Shown: in pieces, positions 27,123 to 42,775 of the stretch
How positions within the stretch are numbered: the stretch's first letter is position 1
Layout of the letters: the number at the start of each line of letters is the position of its first letter
NCBI RefSeq assembly: GCF_009914755.1
Contig: NC_060927.1
Reading direction: 5' to 3' (one strand)
Length of the DNA stretch: 64,000 nucleotides
Source: the human T2T-CHM13v2.0 reference genome, Homo sapiens
Position numbers and translations under genes: made by a program
Notes under the pieces: generated by a model
The model's input: the letters and a program-made list of their open reading frames with translations, nothing else
What the model was told of the DNA's origin: nothing
Database searches by the model: none

Positions 27123-30100
27123 TAATTCTGATAGCACTAATTTGGAAATAGTGAAATATGGTACTGGATCTATGAATCTGGTACTTCCTAATTAGGAATG
27201 GGAGTCTATCTTTCTCTGCACCAGAAAAGATCAGAAGCAGTTATGAACAAATAGCAGCCCCACCAATCAAGTAGTAGAGAAACCCAAATAAATCTGTTTC
27301 CTAATAAAGGAATGGTAGTTAGGAAAGTATAAAAGGAATCTGACCTTCCTTTCCTAAAATGGCAGGAGTTGGGGAAGGGGAAGTGTAGAATGATAGCAGA
27401 TAATCAAAATGGAAGAAAGTACAGTGGAGTGGCATGAAATATAGTCTCAAAAGAAATAGGAACACTTGTGAATACTGAGGAATGGTGTTCTAATTCTTTC
27501 TTTGAAGAATTGTTTTAGTCCAGTGTGTATTTCCTTTTCTGAAGATTCTGTTTATTTCTTAATTGCATTACTCGTTAAATACTTAAAGTATGAGGAAGGA
27601 GAGGCCTTACAAAAGCAGGTCTGTCTGGTTAAACATAGCCTGAATGATATTCCGTAAGTAATTCCTTAATTGGAAAAGCAGATTTTTGGTAAGAAATATT
27701 AATCATATTTAAGGAGTATGTGTAGCAAAACTCCTAAATTAGAATAAATTATTTAAGTGTATGGTTTTTCTTTATACTAAACCAGTGGGCTTGTGATTTG
27801 AGGCTACTATTTTCGATGGTATTGTATTGAGTCCACAGAGAATATGTATACCTGAATCATTGGTATAATGTCTTTCCCACAGCAATTCTTGAACATATCA
27901 AATTACTCGATATTTGTTATATTCTTAATCTGGCATTGCTTAGGGCAAAAACTGGGTGTCCCTCATAAAAAGGTAGGAACAGTAGCCAGTTTGCACCATT
28001 CCTATACATTATTCCATGACTTTAGGAAGTATACTTTGAGGTATACTCTTCAGATTTGGTTTAATAATATTAAAGGTATATTGATGGATTGTTTCCTGTA
28101 TGAAAGTATTGCATGATTTCTGCTCTTAAATCAGGTGAATTAAATTTCATCTGGATTGCTTATCTCAAATTTAAAGCCTCAAATCAGACTTAAATAATTA
28201 GTATTTAGTATTTAGTTTGATTCCTTTGTACCCAAGCTAATTTTTGTTTAAAAAGAAAAAGTGCTTCCATCCTTTTAAGTAGTACATTTATTTGTGATGT
28301 TAGTGAAAGTTCTGCAGGTAACTGAGTTAATTTTATTAGTGTTTGCCTGGGACATATACCTATTATTAGGGTAGGCAGGACAAATAAGTAAAGTCTAAAT
28401 GTTAAATTACTTAAAGCTTCTTTTCCCATAAGCCTTTCCTAAAATTTGTCTAAAGAATATTGCTTTGTAGAAGATGGAGTTTGTGATTAATGTGTCAATT
28501 ATTGTAAATAATGATGGCATAGTTTTAAATGTTAGTTTTAGGCTGTTCATCTTATTACACAAGTATATAATTTAATCTGAATAAAGGATTCCCAAAGGTA
28601 AGTGTAAAGCCTCTAGTTTCTAAAGTAGAGTTAGTATTTAGTTTTTATCAAGTGGTTTTATATGTTAAAGCAAAACAAATCTTTGCTTGGTATACCGTCT
28701 ACCTAGTCTTTGAAGACAAAACAAAGGAGGGAGGAGCTGTTTTGATCAAATAAAACCAATAGCGTGTTTAATTATGTGTTAACATATGTGAATGACCATT
28801 ACAGAGACAGTAGAGTCAGACATACCCGGGCTAAAATCTAACTGCTACATTTGACTTTGAGCTAGTTGGTGTAGATGCCTTGTTTCCTCTTATGAAAAAT
28901 GGGGATTGTACCTACCTGGGAGAGTTTTAAGGAATTAAATGATGTGTGCAAGTAATTTGAACAGTCTGTAACATAATATATGTGGCAAACGTGTATCACA
29001 GAAATGTTAATATTTCAGTGTCCAAACTGCTCTCCCAGATCACCCCTTTACATGTTATAAATCATACCAAGAATCTTCCATTTTAATATGAAAGCGTAAT
29101 TGTATGGTATGGATGTAGTCAGAAAAAAGGAGATGATGTTTTAGTCTAGACGAGTCATGATGTTGTAAGAAGTATAGGGAATTGTGTTCCAGTCCTGGCT
29201 CTTCTATCATTTAGCTGGTTTCTTTGGTCAAGTCATTTCACTTGTCTGTTTTTCTTTTTTGAGACTTTGTCAAATTTTAAGATTCCTTCTAGCCTTATGT
29301 ATATGAGACCATACATTCAAGTGTGCTTCATGAGAGAACTGCAAACTTAAACTTTCTTCTTTTTACCCCTTTCCTGCCACTTGACTATTGTGTGGCAATA
29401 AATGAAGTTTGTAAATACTCATTAAGTAGGTTGATTGCCCAAGAAAACATTTAAAACAGCTTATCAGTCATTCAGCTTTCATGATGCTCTGTGAGTAGTG
29501 AGCACTGGAATACAAATATGAGACTATGCTGCCCTCCTAGATCTCAGGCATTTTCATCATCATGAAAATGATGATCAGATGTATACTTTGACATACATTG
29601 GAGGTGGTGATGGAGTAATATAAGGTGCTAATGGGAACAATTTGAGACATCAGATCAGATTGGGATTGGGAGGGTAGTAGACTGACTTCTATTTAAAAAT
29701 TATTCTCTGCATAGGTATTTATATAGTTCAAAACTCAAAATATATAAAAGAGTAAAATCGAAAGCCTCTCTGCTACCTCTGTCCTCCAGCCACCCTGTTT
29801 GTCCTTAGAAGTAACCCATTATTACTTGTACATTCTTTTGAGGCTAACTCTTGAACTAAATCTTAAAATGGTCATTCAGATTAAGTCACTAAGAAGAGAA
29901 GGGGATAGTTTTCCAAGCAGAGGTAAAAGGCAGTTTGTATAATGATGTGAAAGAGTGAGAATCTATCATTTGGAAAATGGTATTGTTAATTTGACAAGAA
30001 CCAGAGTGAAGGACTTTAAATGTCATGGTAAGAAATTTCGATTTTTATAGTAAGTTGCTGTTAAAGGTATTTCTGGAAGCTTTTATTGTTAAAATAATAT

Positions 30101-32087
30101 ATATCTTGAAACGATTTCAGTATCCTTTTAGTGATTATTGCATTTTAAATTATAATCTTATGATAAAGCTGTGTTAAGGGAATACCTTCAGAGCGCTGAG
30201 TCCCAAAAATCAGAATTCTTACCTAATGAAATGTGCTAAATATTTTGGTACCCCTGGCTCTAAGTTTAAGTATTCTGTTTCCCTCAATATTACCTTGATA
30301 ATGTCAGAACATTTGGTACATGTTGAGATACTCTACCAAAATTTGATTTATAGGTAGCATAATTTGGAAACTAACCTTATATTAAACACAAAGCAAGCTT
30401 ACTTGTGTCAGGTCCTATGTATATAGACTTTCATTTGATCTTTCCAACAATTTGTAAGAAAGTGGTTTCTTCCCTTCCCCCTTTCTTATGGATTAAGGAA
30501 ACTGAGACTCTTAAAATTTGAGTCACCTAGGTATTGGGTGACAAAGCCTAGACTCATATTCAGACCTTTAACCTAAAGCCAGTGCTTTTGAATATTCCCA
30601 GAGTTAGAAGTTTGTTTTATTACTTGGCACACAATAAGTTAGGAAGAAGGAAGAACTACCATAGCCACTGATTTGTTGTATTGTAACCCTTTACCTAAAG
30701 GATTTTTTTAATCATTTAAATTCCCCAGATAATAATACTGGAGATGGTGCTTGTTGATGTTCTTCATATTGTATGTCCCTGGTTTCTATTTAGAGATCTC
30801 TGAAGTCGAATTTTGGCATAGATTAAGAGAAAGAGGTGTTTGTTGAGTGCTCAAGTACCTTATGCTTTAAGCTTTGACAATTTTTGTAGCTTAGTTTTGA
30901 GGTATGGAATGTTTGTTTTTTTCTCCCTGTTGTACTTAGTTACCCTACAAAGATAGTGTCTTGCAAAAACAGGTAGACATGCCACATGCTTTGAGTCATT
31001 TTCTGATGTAGTATTTTCACATACTTGGAAATTAATGTGATGGACTATTGAGTATATAAAGTCAGAGAGAAAAGAATGTATTTTGTTCAGTGATGTTAAA
31101 GAATATTTACAAATAGGAAAACAGCATTTTTGTTTAGGTGGCTGAAGTACAGTGTAAACCACATCTCAGTCTTCCTAGAATTGCTTCGTTGGCTCTATAT
31201 TTAGAATGGTAGTTTATATTAATATCAAATAAACTGTTAAAAAGCTGGTTTCAAATTTTATTTCTTGAGTGGAAGAGAATTTGTGACCACAGCTGCATAA
31301 AAAGTCAGTATTTCCTTCTAATAAAATTTTTAATTTCAGTTGCCTCTTCATGCTTTCAGGTTTCATGGACTGTAACCTTGAAATGATCCCATTAACAGCC
31401 TTTTCCTTGGGCTCTTAATCTCCTCAATTTTATGCCATTCCAAAATAGAAGTCTCTCTGATGATGAAGCCTTTCAATCTTTACAGATGGCTCTTTTCCCT
31501 TCTACTTCCTTGATCAGTGATTTCACAGACTTGACTCCTTTAATCTGTTAGTCAGTGTTTGGAGACTAATTATTGTTGCTGTTTGCTACAAACCCCTCAG
31601 TTTATGGATAACATCCCAGTTATAGTATCCCAGAAACAAAATTTCATAGCTTATAAGACTATCTAAATTTTTACCCTTAAAATCTAGACTGTTTAAAGTT
31701 TTATGTAGTACATAGATTGTGTAACTGTGTACTATAGAAAACCATGTACTGTGGCTTCTTCACTTTGAATGTATGTAGAAAGAGTGATTGTTAATTGTTA
31801 GCTTTTGCAAATTAAGTGTATTCTAATATGTGCTGAAAACTTTAGGTCCATTTATACAGTATTTTATTTCACAGGTTCTTTCCACATCCCAGTATTTACT
31901 ACTAACTACAAATATGTTCGTTTTTCACTTTTACATTTGACTTAAGAGATATTGCACTATTCTGTAAAACTGCTGGAATTTTATAACAAGTCATATGACT
32001 TCATTTGGAACCAATTTACCTGGAATATGAATTTGATTCAAATTAAATATTTGTATTTCCAAAGTCAGAGGATCTAAAGGTCTTTTA

Positions 32088-32495
<408 letters not shown>

Positions 32496-33079
32496 TTATT
32501 CTTTTGTATATACTACCTTCCTCTTTGAGTCACTCCATTTAAACTGGAGGTCTCCAAACAGACCTTTGAGGATAGCAAACTAGTTCCCATATGTTCCTGG
32601 GCAAGCCTGTTTTTTTATAAAACAAAAACAACAACCAAAAAAAAAACCAGATTGAATGTTCAATTGGTTCAGTTAGTTTTCATTTGATTTGGCAGACTGA
32701 CTTCTAAGTACAGCGAAAAAAGTGGCCTGACAAATACATCTTAAGAGGATGTAAGCCGTTAAATAAACAGTAGGTAGAAGCCTCTTAAGCTTTTCTTGTT
32801 ATTAGCAGGTCTAATCAGTGCCTTTGATTGCCTTAGACCTAGTTAGGAGAAAAGTGGAAAAAGGGTTAAAAGAATAGAAAGGAGTTGAAGTAGGGCAAGC
32901 AATGAGAAATACACGTATTAGTCTCCTAATTAATCAAACAGTTACTTTGGTGATTCTCTGGCATCTTGGAAGTCTTTTTTTTTTATTGTACTAATAATTC
33001 TGCACAGACTTTAAGGCTCTTAATAGGACCCCAGAATTGCCATGTTGTATCTAAACCTCATTTTGTAGATTAAAATAAT

Positions 33080-33430
33080 GCTATTGATGATTCACTGTAT
33101 GCCAGGAACTTTACATTTAGTCTCAGTTCTTTAGCCTGCAAAGCTAGGTAGTAATGTAACCAGTTAACAGATAAAGAGACAGACTTTTAAAGAGGTCAAA
33201 CTTTAACACTGCTATGTGTTTAGTGTAGTGGTTTAAGAGCATAAACTCTGGAACTAGATTGCCACCTACTAGCTCAGTGATGTAAGGCAAGTTACTTCTA
33301 TCTGACCCAGTTTTCTCCTCTATGAGATGGGAGTAATAATGGTGCCTACCTCTTAGGGCTGTTGTCAGAATTTAGTTAATGAGTGTAAAGCACTTAGAAT
33401 AGTGTGTGGTACCTAATAAACACATTCTTA
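33080..33430. mobile_element. Two adjacent MIR fragments in opposite orientation
   Basis: 'tatgccaggaacttta...acagataaagagac' and 'gtagtggtttaagagcataaactctgga...gttttctcctctatgagatgggagtaataat...aaagcacttagaatagtg'. Confidence 0.7.
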
Positions 33431-34339
33431 ACTGCTGCTGTTCTGCTACAGCATGGGCTAAGAATTTTAAAAGTTATGTGGCAAAGTTTTTTTGGCTTCC
33501 AGATGTACAGGTTGAAGGTGGGGGAGACTATGGAAGTTGCTGAGGAGGAGGGAACAGGTTTGTCAAAAGTTTAAATCCCCGTGGAACCAGTCCCTAGATT
33601 TGAGGTGAATCATACTTACTGGGAGATAGTCCAGAAGAGCCCATCAGTTAAGAGTCTATGGTGAAAGCCCTAGGGAATGGTAGAAATGAAAGATAATTAT
33701 GATAAATAGGCTTTTACCCCTAAAGTAACATTGTACCAATGCTAGAATCAGAAAGCTGCCAAACAATTGCAGCGCCATTTTTTGCCCTAGACGAGGAAAA
33801 AACACATATAAATAAATGGATTTTGAAGGTGGAATGTGTCAAGTCCAACCCAGGAAAGAATTCTTCATTGTTAATCAAACCTTTGCTACTTTTAACAGAG
33901 CCTAAGAAAAGTTTTTATATTGTGAAGATATAGCTTAACTTAGTTTATATGAATACCTAAGAACAGCCTTGTTAAACTGCTAAACAAGATAGATATTTGT
34001 AAAGGCATTTGATATAGAAGAGTGTTGATTAGGCTATGAATTTGTCACATTTATATGCACGCACACAAAATTGGATGCTACTTAGTATTTAGTTTCATCT
34101 GCCTTACCTCTTTATTTTATAACTGTGATCCTGAATTATTGTTGAAGTCTGCTGGATTTTGTCCAGTTTTTAATTTCTTCTAAAGTGTTGTTTTAAGCAA
34201 ACTTATGTGGTTTTAAAATCTTTTTATTATTAAAAGTTACACTGTATTAGAAATCTAAAATCTTCCATCTTCTTTTGAAAAGTAGTGATTATACTGTACG
34301 TTCTCAACCTCATTTCCATTTGATTCTCGGATCTCACAG

Positions 34340-34411
34340 GAATCCTTCAACTGCTTTCTACCAAGCGTTCCATTTGAACACGTTAAAGGAATCAAAGAGC
34401 CTCTGGGATAG
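34340..34411 (+). CDS. TSC22D2: TSC22D2 72-nt cassette exon encoding (R)NPSTAFYQAFHLNTLKESKSLWD(S/R)
   Basis: Acceptor tctcacag|G and donor TAG|GTATGA. Length 72 nt, phase 2/2, open in frame with exon 1. The peptide matches the 24-aa insert I recall in the longer TSC22D2 isoform. Confidence 0.88.
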   Translation, partial: ESFNCFLPSVPFEHVKGIKEPLG

Positions 34412-36469
34412 GTATGAATACTTACATATGGAATGCATACATGCAAAACTGTATGCATGAATTGCTTTGCACTGTACTGGTTTCTCATTAAAACTGATCT
34501 TTGTTATTTTAGGGGGGAAATCACATGGTATCTAGCATGGGACAAAGCAGCAAAATAAACCAAAAGGACAATCTCTATTTTATATAGAAAATAAACATAC
34601 TTTTCTGCATCCTGTGTACTTTAAGTATATCTATATTTTTGAAGGGTTCATACTGTGTTGAATTTTTCTTATGAAATAGTCACTTCCCCAGTGTATTTTA
34701 ATGCAAATGCATATTCTATAAAATAAACTATATTTTAATTTTTGTGCTATTTTATGTTTTTTTTCTGTAAAAGCCATAGTGATTCAAAGCAAAATGTTAT
34801 TTCAAATTATGAAATTGGAGGAGGAACAAGACCAAGGTATCAAAGTAATCATTGTTTAATTTTTGGCAAGAAACTTTAACTTCAAGTTTGTTTGCTAGAA
34901 TTCACTAGGTCTGCATTACTGATTTGTAAGCCCCTAAAACAGTTTGCTTTCTTACAGAAATGTTGTATAGATTTTACTGTTAACTTTTAAAAATACAGAA
35001 TGAAGTCTTGGAGTTCTTTTATGGCAAAAGATACTTTGGTTTATCTTTCTGCTTAACACACATTTTAAGTAGTGTATGCTCTGTTCAGTCGTTTTGCTGA
35101 ATATTTATTAGCATTCCATCACTTTGTGTTTAATTAATAGAAGTTGAGTTCAAACAATGTTTTTAAAATTCACACAAAGCTCGTTAGATTCTTTTAACTC
35201 TGCCTGGCAACGCATTTGTGTCTTCTGGCATAGTTTTGGATAACACTCATGAACTCAACTCCATCTCTTTCATTAGAAAAGAGTATTGCTAAGTGCATGT
35301 ACATGTCATATTAAGACATGATACACATTGCCTAGAAATGCTAAAACAGTCTTAATTCTTCGGCTTGATTTGCTTGTGTGTGTCACTCTAGGGAAATTTT
35401 CTAACAGTATCTTTTTGATGGTGTGTTCCAGAAATCTTTTTAAATAGTTACTTTTAGAACAGGAAGTTTTAAAATTTGTAGTACCATGTTTATAAAATAA
35501 ATTTTTAAATAGTTCTGTAGCCATTTAAATTAATACATAAATGTAAATTGTGAGATGAGATAAACATGAAGGTTTAATCTTTCAAATAGTTTTCCAAATG
35601 TAGCCAGAATGTGAGTACTTTGGGGTATGCTTTATAGTTTCTCTTAGAAAAAGGAAAAATAGCACTCTGTTTAGAAATGTAATAAGAGTAGCTTTCAAAA
35701 GTATGATGATTTATTTCAAATAGCTAACTTTGAGCTGTCATGATGTTGATGTGAATGATATATATTATTTTTATCAGTGTAGGAAGGTTTGAGCTATATT
35801 TTTGATAATTTGAATATGATATTGAAAGGTTTATTTTGTTTCATAATAAAACCACCATAGAAGTTGCCTGTACATCATTTGTTGTTACAGCTAAATACTC
35901 CTTATATGTTTTCTTTTTTTAGATACCTGAAACTTTTAAGGTATCAGAAATGAGGCAAGTTGCGTATCTATGGTTTCTCATGGGTTGAAAATATTTATTT
36001 TCTCTCCTCCTTGGAGCCTGTTGTTCAGAGCCAAAGAAGTTAGTGGATATTTGTCTGTAGTGTGTTAATGCCAAAATATAATAAAATCAAAATATAATCA
36101 GATCAGCCATTCTTCACTGTAAGTTGGCCTCGTTGGTACTAAGGTGACAAGGCCAACCCAATGGAAACTGACTAGTGGCTTTCTTTTAACTTTTCAACTA
36201 GCTTATTAAATTTTCCATTGAGAGGAGCAATCATGGCTAACTTTATTAGTTTTAATAGTCTACACTTTCAGTTGGCAACTATCTACAGAATTACTGATAG
36301 GTATATCAGCTAATAAAGTATCATGAGACCGTTTATTCCAAATGGGTTGAAGATTTGTGTGTGTTAAGCTTTAAAAAATATTAAATATAACTTCTGACCT
36401 TGATTGTTCTGGAAATCACCAAATCACATTGTTCATTTTTACTATTATAAATTTAGGATTTTTTTTTTA

Positions 36470-36818
<349 letters not shown>

Positions 36819-38487
36819 GATATTTGGAAGTTTAAGGGACTGCAAGTCCCTAACGTTATCTTCTACATTATCTATTTATTTTGAGGCATAAATTTGTCTC
36901 GCTATTACTAGATAACAGATTTTAGGCTCCTATTTATGAAATGTTGGAAATCATTTTCAGTAGGGGCAGCTTTTAAGTGCCCATTTTCAGTAGACCTACC
37001 CTAAATAGCTGAATATCCCTAGTTTGATTTTGTCTAACTAGAAAGACAAGAATCTCCTTTTTTCCTCAGGAATCTTTCAGTTTAGCAGAATATCTTTTAA
37101 TCAAAATGTAAGTAACTAATATACCTTTCTCATATTGACTTAAAGTTCTCTAATGGCCCCTTTGTTTCCTTCCATATTTAAATTAGAATTGGCAAATTAA
37201 TAGACTTTTCACCAAGCAGCCTGCCTCTGCCTATATTTAGATATTTCTCCTTCCATTTATATCCAGTGCTTTACTCAGTTATTGTACTAAAATTGAAGCT
37301 ACCCTCAAGTCTTCCTTTCCCTTTTTCTGTAGGTGCCATCATGGTTTCTGTCTTCTCTGTTTGCCATTTGCAGAGCCCTCAGGGAATCAATCAGCTGAAC
37401 CATCTTCAAATGTAGGGACAGTAGATACTGATAACGCAAAAATAATCCAACCCTTTCTGCAGTAGCCCAAACTGTTTTGAGTTGACTCTTTATTAAAATA
37501 AATACTATAACTTACATAGTTAGCTTTCTGGGAGATTATCTTACTATGGAGGAGTTAATTTTTCCTGAGATCCTAGCCTACTGGCATTTGAGAATAGTAA
37601 CTTTAAAATTTGACTTCCTATTTTCTAAAGAACAGTTTTCCAAAGTTAATACTTGGCATTGCTTTGTTAAATTGGCAGAATTAGTTTAGAAACCTATCCT
37701 GATGATCACTGGGGAGCGGCAAGCAGGTTCTCATTGGGAGTCCTTTGTTTACAAAAGCTCAGCGTAAGGGTTTATAGCAAACAATTTTACCCTCTTCTAA
37801 ATACCAGGTCACTAAAGTAAAGGAGTACTAAGGGGAAGAAACTTCAGCTAGACTAAAGGAAGAAATCAGGTAGCTTGTAAGGCTTTAACCTCATCGATAA
37901 GCACTTGCAGGGCTTTTGTCTTCATTAAGAAATGCATAAATGTACTTAAAACAAGTGAGAGAACAGTTGCTAGGTGTACATCCCCTTGAGTCTGCTTGTC
38001 TGTCCTTATGATAGCACCAGTATTTAGAGAGAAGTTAATAAGGAAAGTAGTAGACATGGGTTATTAACTTAAAATGAAAGTCTAGTAAGTTTATCCTAAA
38101 TTTTTTTACTAGATAATTGATGATCTCTCAAATTGTTTTCTACAGTGATTATTCACTTATTACCTCTAATTTTAAAATTATTGGATAAAAAAAGTCTTCT
38201 TATTTAAATAGCCTCAAGTATTTTGTGTAGGGAACGCCTTCCAGTATTTCCTATCATTGTTTCCTATGAGATTTTTTTTTGAAGCTAGGAATAAATTAGA
38301 ACTAAGCTGTTTATGTCATAAATACCATTGGTACCATATGAGACAATTTATTTTGTTTTGCTCATCTCTAAGAATCTTGGGTCCATCATTAACATCCACC
38401 AGTACTTGTTATCCCAAATGGTAAAACTCAAGTTATGCAACTTAGCTGATCTAGTTTTTGAATGCTTGGTGATAGGACTTGTAAAAT

Positions 38488-39410
38488 TTTTTTATTGAAG
38501 TATAATTTGTATCGGAAAAGTGCACCATTCATAAATGTATAGCTCAAATTGAACACACCTGTGTGGGCAGCACCCAGATCAATACATAGAATATTATAAG
38601 CCCCTTTCATGTCCTCTTCATGCCCCCCATCAGTCACTTCCCCTCCCAATCCTAATTTCTAATGTGTTATATATGTAGGACCATACACTATGTGTTTTGT
38701 GTCTGACCTCTTTCATCCAGTATTGTATTTGAGATTCATCTGTATGGTTCTGCATAGTTGTAGATGTGGACTATATAATTTTAAAGAATCACTCAAGTAG
38801 CTTATTTGTTGGAGATTGGTATTGGTTAAATGTTCTCTCCTAGTGATTATGCATAAGTATCTTGAGGATATGTACCTGAACCATTTTGTGACCAACCCCA
38901 ATATATTCCTTACTAATTTGTACCTAGTACTTACATAATTTATTATCTGATTATATTTCAACCTGTTCCACTAAAAGACATCTAGTAGAGGATAGTACAA
39001 GAAGCTAAAAATTATAGCATAGCTTTTTAATGATTGTCACCTTTTATTCTTCCTCCCTCCCTCCCTCTTTCCTTACTTCATTTCCTCCTTCCTTTCTTCT
39101 TCTCTTCCTCTCCTTCCTTCCTTTTATTTTACTTTTGAATCTGAAATATTTTAGATTTAAAGTTGCAAAAATAGTGCTGAGGCTTCTTGTATGTCCTTTA
39201 CCTAGCCTCCCTTAATGTTAACATGTTGTACAACCTTAGTACAATTATCAAAGTTAGGAAGTTAACATTGATAGAATACTATTAACTAAACTACAGATCT
39301 TATTTTAATTTTACCAAGTTTTCCACTTTTGTAAGTGTCCTTTTTCTGTTCCAGGATCCAATTCAGGATTCCACATTGTGTTTAGTCATTGTGTCTTCCA
39401 TTTTAATTTG
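38488..39410 (-). mobile_element. Old L1M 3'-end fragments with an intervening CT-rich tract
   Basis: 'tttattgaagtataattt...aagtgcacc...cacccagatcaa...tttgagattcatc' and 'aaagttgcaaaaatagt...ttaacattgatagaatactattaactaaactacag...ccaggatccaattcaggattccacattg'. Confidence 0.65.
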
Positions 39411-41419
39411 TAACATAGCACTGTTCCTTTATTGAACATAGGGAGTAGCAAGTCTGGTCTTATTGGTGTGGAGAGTCAGTTAACTAAGATTGCCTACAAA
39501 TTTCCACCTTTTCTGCAGTGCTTACTACGGTTGCTATTCTCACAGGACTCTTTCGTATCACATATATAAATGTTTTCATCAGTAGTTTAGTTTGTAGTTC
39601 TTAAGTGGGGGATGGGGCAGGCCCAGGGTAGGAGGGGCAGGTAATCACTGGTACTTAGAGGATGAAAGCTTTATATATTCCCTCTAAAACTCATTTTTGG
39701 ATCCCTGATTTAGATGGAAACCTCAGGGCGTGGTTATGTTCAGATGACATTAAATCAAGGAAGTGATAGCCATTGTGAATGACAGCATTTATAAATTTAA
39801 CTGAAACAAATACAGAAATCAAGAAATTGGAAGAATTTATATGTAAATTCAGGGAGGTTGAAACCTAGGTTGACTGGGTATAGTAAAAAAAAAAAAAACA
39901 TACTTAGATATGTGTGTTAATGGCATTTTGTAGTATTGGTTAGCAAGTGACAGTGCTGCCACAAAAACTAATGTGATTTTAGGCGATGTTGAAATGATGG
40001 TGACTAATCTGTTGTACTCCATTTCTACAGAACAGTTGTTCTAAATACAAAACTAACTAGAAAACCAAATTTCTTTATACTCTATTTGCATATCCAGGGG
40101 TATTTCAACAGGCAGGCCTGAGCGAGCTTACTGAAAAGTAAACAGATCCCTTGGGAAATGGTCTTGCCATCACTAGAAATAATACAACTATCTTCCTGTC
40201 TGTTAACCAGGGATGCTGATTTTAAGTGAAATTTAATTTTAGTTACATTTAAAATGCCTACTCTGGAGTTTTATTTCCCCAACTTTTCTAAATGGAAGTA
40301 CAAGCATTGGAATTGAACTCCTTTACTTCTGTTTCGTCATTATTGGCTGTGATTATCAGTAAACCTTAAAGAGCTGTGTATTTGCTTAAGGAATGGAAGG
40401 GTAGTAAACTATTCTGCTTTTTTAGGGAAGAATTCCATGTCAGAGGCAGTAAATGTTGATCTGAATAGAGAAACCAATGGAGCTTCCCTCAGAAGAAAAT
40501 GAGTGACAGTAAGCTTATTTGGAAATGAGAATTGCCATAGGAGTGGTGGTAAATGAAGCCCCACAAATAACTAGGCACCAGTTATCACCATGCTGATGAT
40601 TTCAGCAGCATCTTAAAAACTAGTGAATTCTTCCTACCCAGGTGCCAAGGGGAGGTAGAGTAACTCATGGAGAAAAATAACTACACATTACAGACTGACT
40701 GGCAGAATTTAAGGTTAACTTCATTTAGAAATCATGGACTATATATATAAATGGGCATCAGTCTAGGTCATAGTCATAGGACTGTAGGGAAAACCAGGTC
40801 TCCAAGTTTTTAAAAGCCACATGCTTGGTTATGAAATTGATGCTCTCAAAATATAATTCAAATTCTTGTTGATCTGGAAATAAGAATAGTGTGTGGGAAA
40901 GAAAGAAATTGTATGTAGAGTGTAGTGAAGGTAGGTCATTGGGATTTTAATGGAAGATGAAAGAAGCCACTTAAAACTGTTTGAAACTCATGCCTATGGT
41001 GTTCTGTAAAGCTACTTGGGAAGTTCAGTAAAGTATTAGATGCCTGGTCATATTATAAAGTAGTCTCTTTAACAATACGTGTTTGTCCCCAATTATAGTT
41101 ACTTGCTATTTAAGGCATTTTCCTGTTACCATCTTCAGTGGTCTTAGATCACCTTTTCCAACCAAAAGATTCTAAAGCCTTAAAAATCTCACTTTTTTAG
41201 AGTAACTCAGAATGAAGCTGAGGGAAAATACCAGGAACGTTTGCAATTACCTGACTCAGCAAAAGTTTGTTCTCCTATAATTAAATACTAGAAGAAACAA
41301 TAAGATTTAGTAACTGCTTTCAGTGAGCTTGGTCTTAATATGGAAAATGGTAAATACATTATCACATGATTGAAAGTAATAACTCATATAAAATGTAAGC
41401 ACTTCATATCTCTCAAGTA

Positions 41420-42170
41420 CAGCTGGAGGGATTGGTCAAAGCTTCTTCAGGAGGTGGCTTTTGAGTTGGAAACTGAAAGGTGGGTAGAATTTGGTCAAGC
41501 AGAATTAAAGAACTGAGGGGAAGGGAACATTCTAGTTAGAGGAAATATTGTGCACCACTATGGAAGTACTGGCCTTATATGATAAGGATAAAGTTAAATT
41601 TGGTAGGTGTATAACATTTGAAGACAGGAGAGGAGAGCAGTTAGATTAGAGACAGAGATTCTAGAAAGGTACTGAAGCCTGAATTAGGCAATGGGGATGA
41701 GATAGGAATTACAGGATTTTACAACTGATTGGTCATGATAGGGGAGCAGTCAAACTTGACTCCAAAGTGCCAAACCTAATTGACTGAGGGAATGCTGGTA
41801 CTGTTAGAAAGTATTAGTGAAAGAATTAGTTTGGGAAGGAGAAAGTAGTGATGAGGTTTTTGTTTTTAGCTGTTTTTTGGATGAGTTGATAAGCTGGTAC
41901 AAAGTCAAGGTGAAAATATTTGGGGTGCAGCTGAGGCTGCAGACTTGCAGGTTGGTATAGAAATTAAAGCTAGTTGAGATTTAAGAATGTTTTATTAGAG
42001 TTCAAGCTTTAGGAAAGGCCAAGATTGCCAAGGATTAGAGTAGGGTAAAGGGTCAAGCCAGGACCTTAGGCAATACCACCTGCATTTAGATAACAGAAGG
42101 AAGTCTGAAGAGGATGATTGGTTTTAGAGATTAGACCATTCTGAGGATATTATTTTCTAATCAAAAAGAA
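41420..42170 (-). mobile_element. Degenerate L2 fragments
   Basis: Purine-rich; 'gcttcttcaggaggtggcttttgagttggaaactgaaagg'. Confidence 0.55.
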
Positions 42171-42184
42171 GAGAAAGGTCTGAA

Positions 42185-42775
<591 letters not shown>

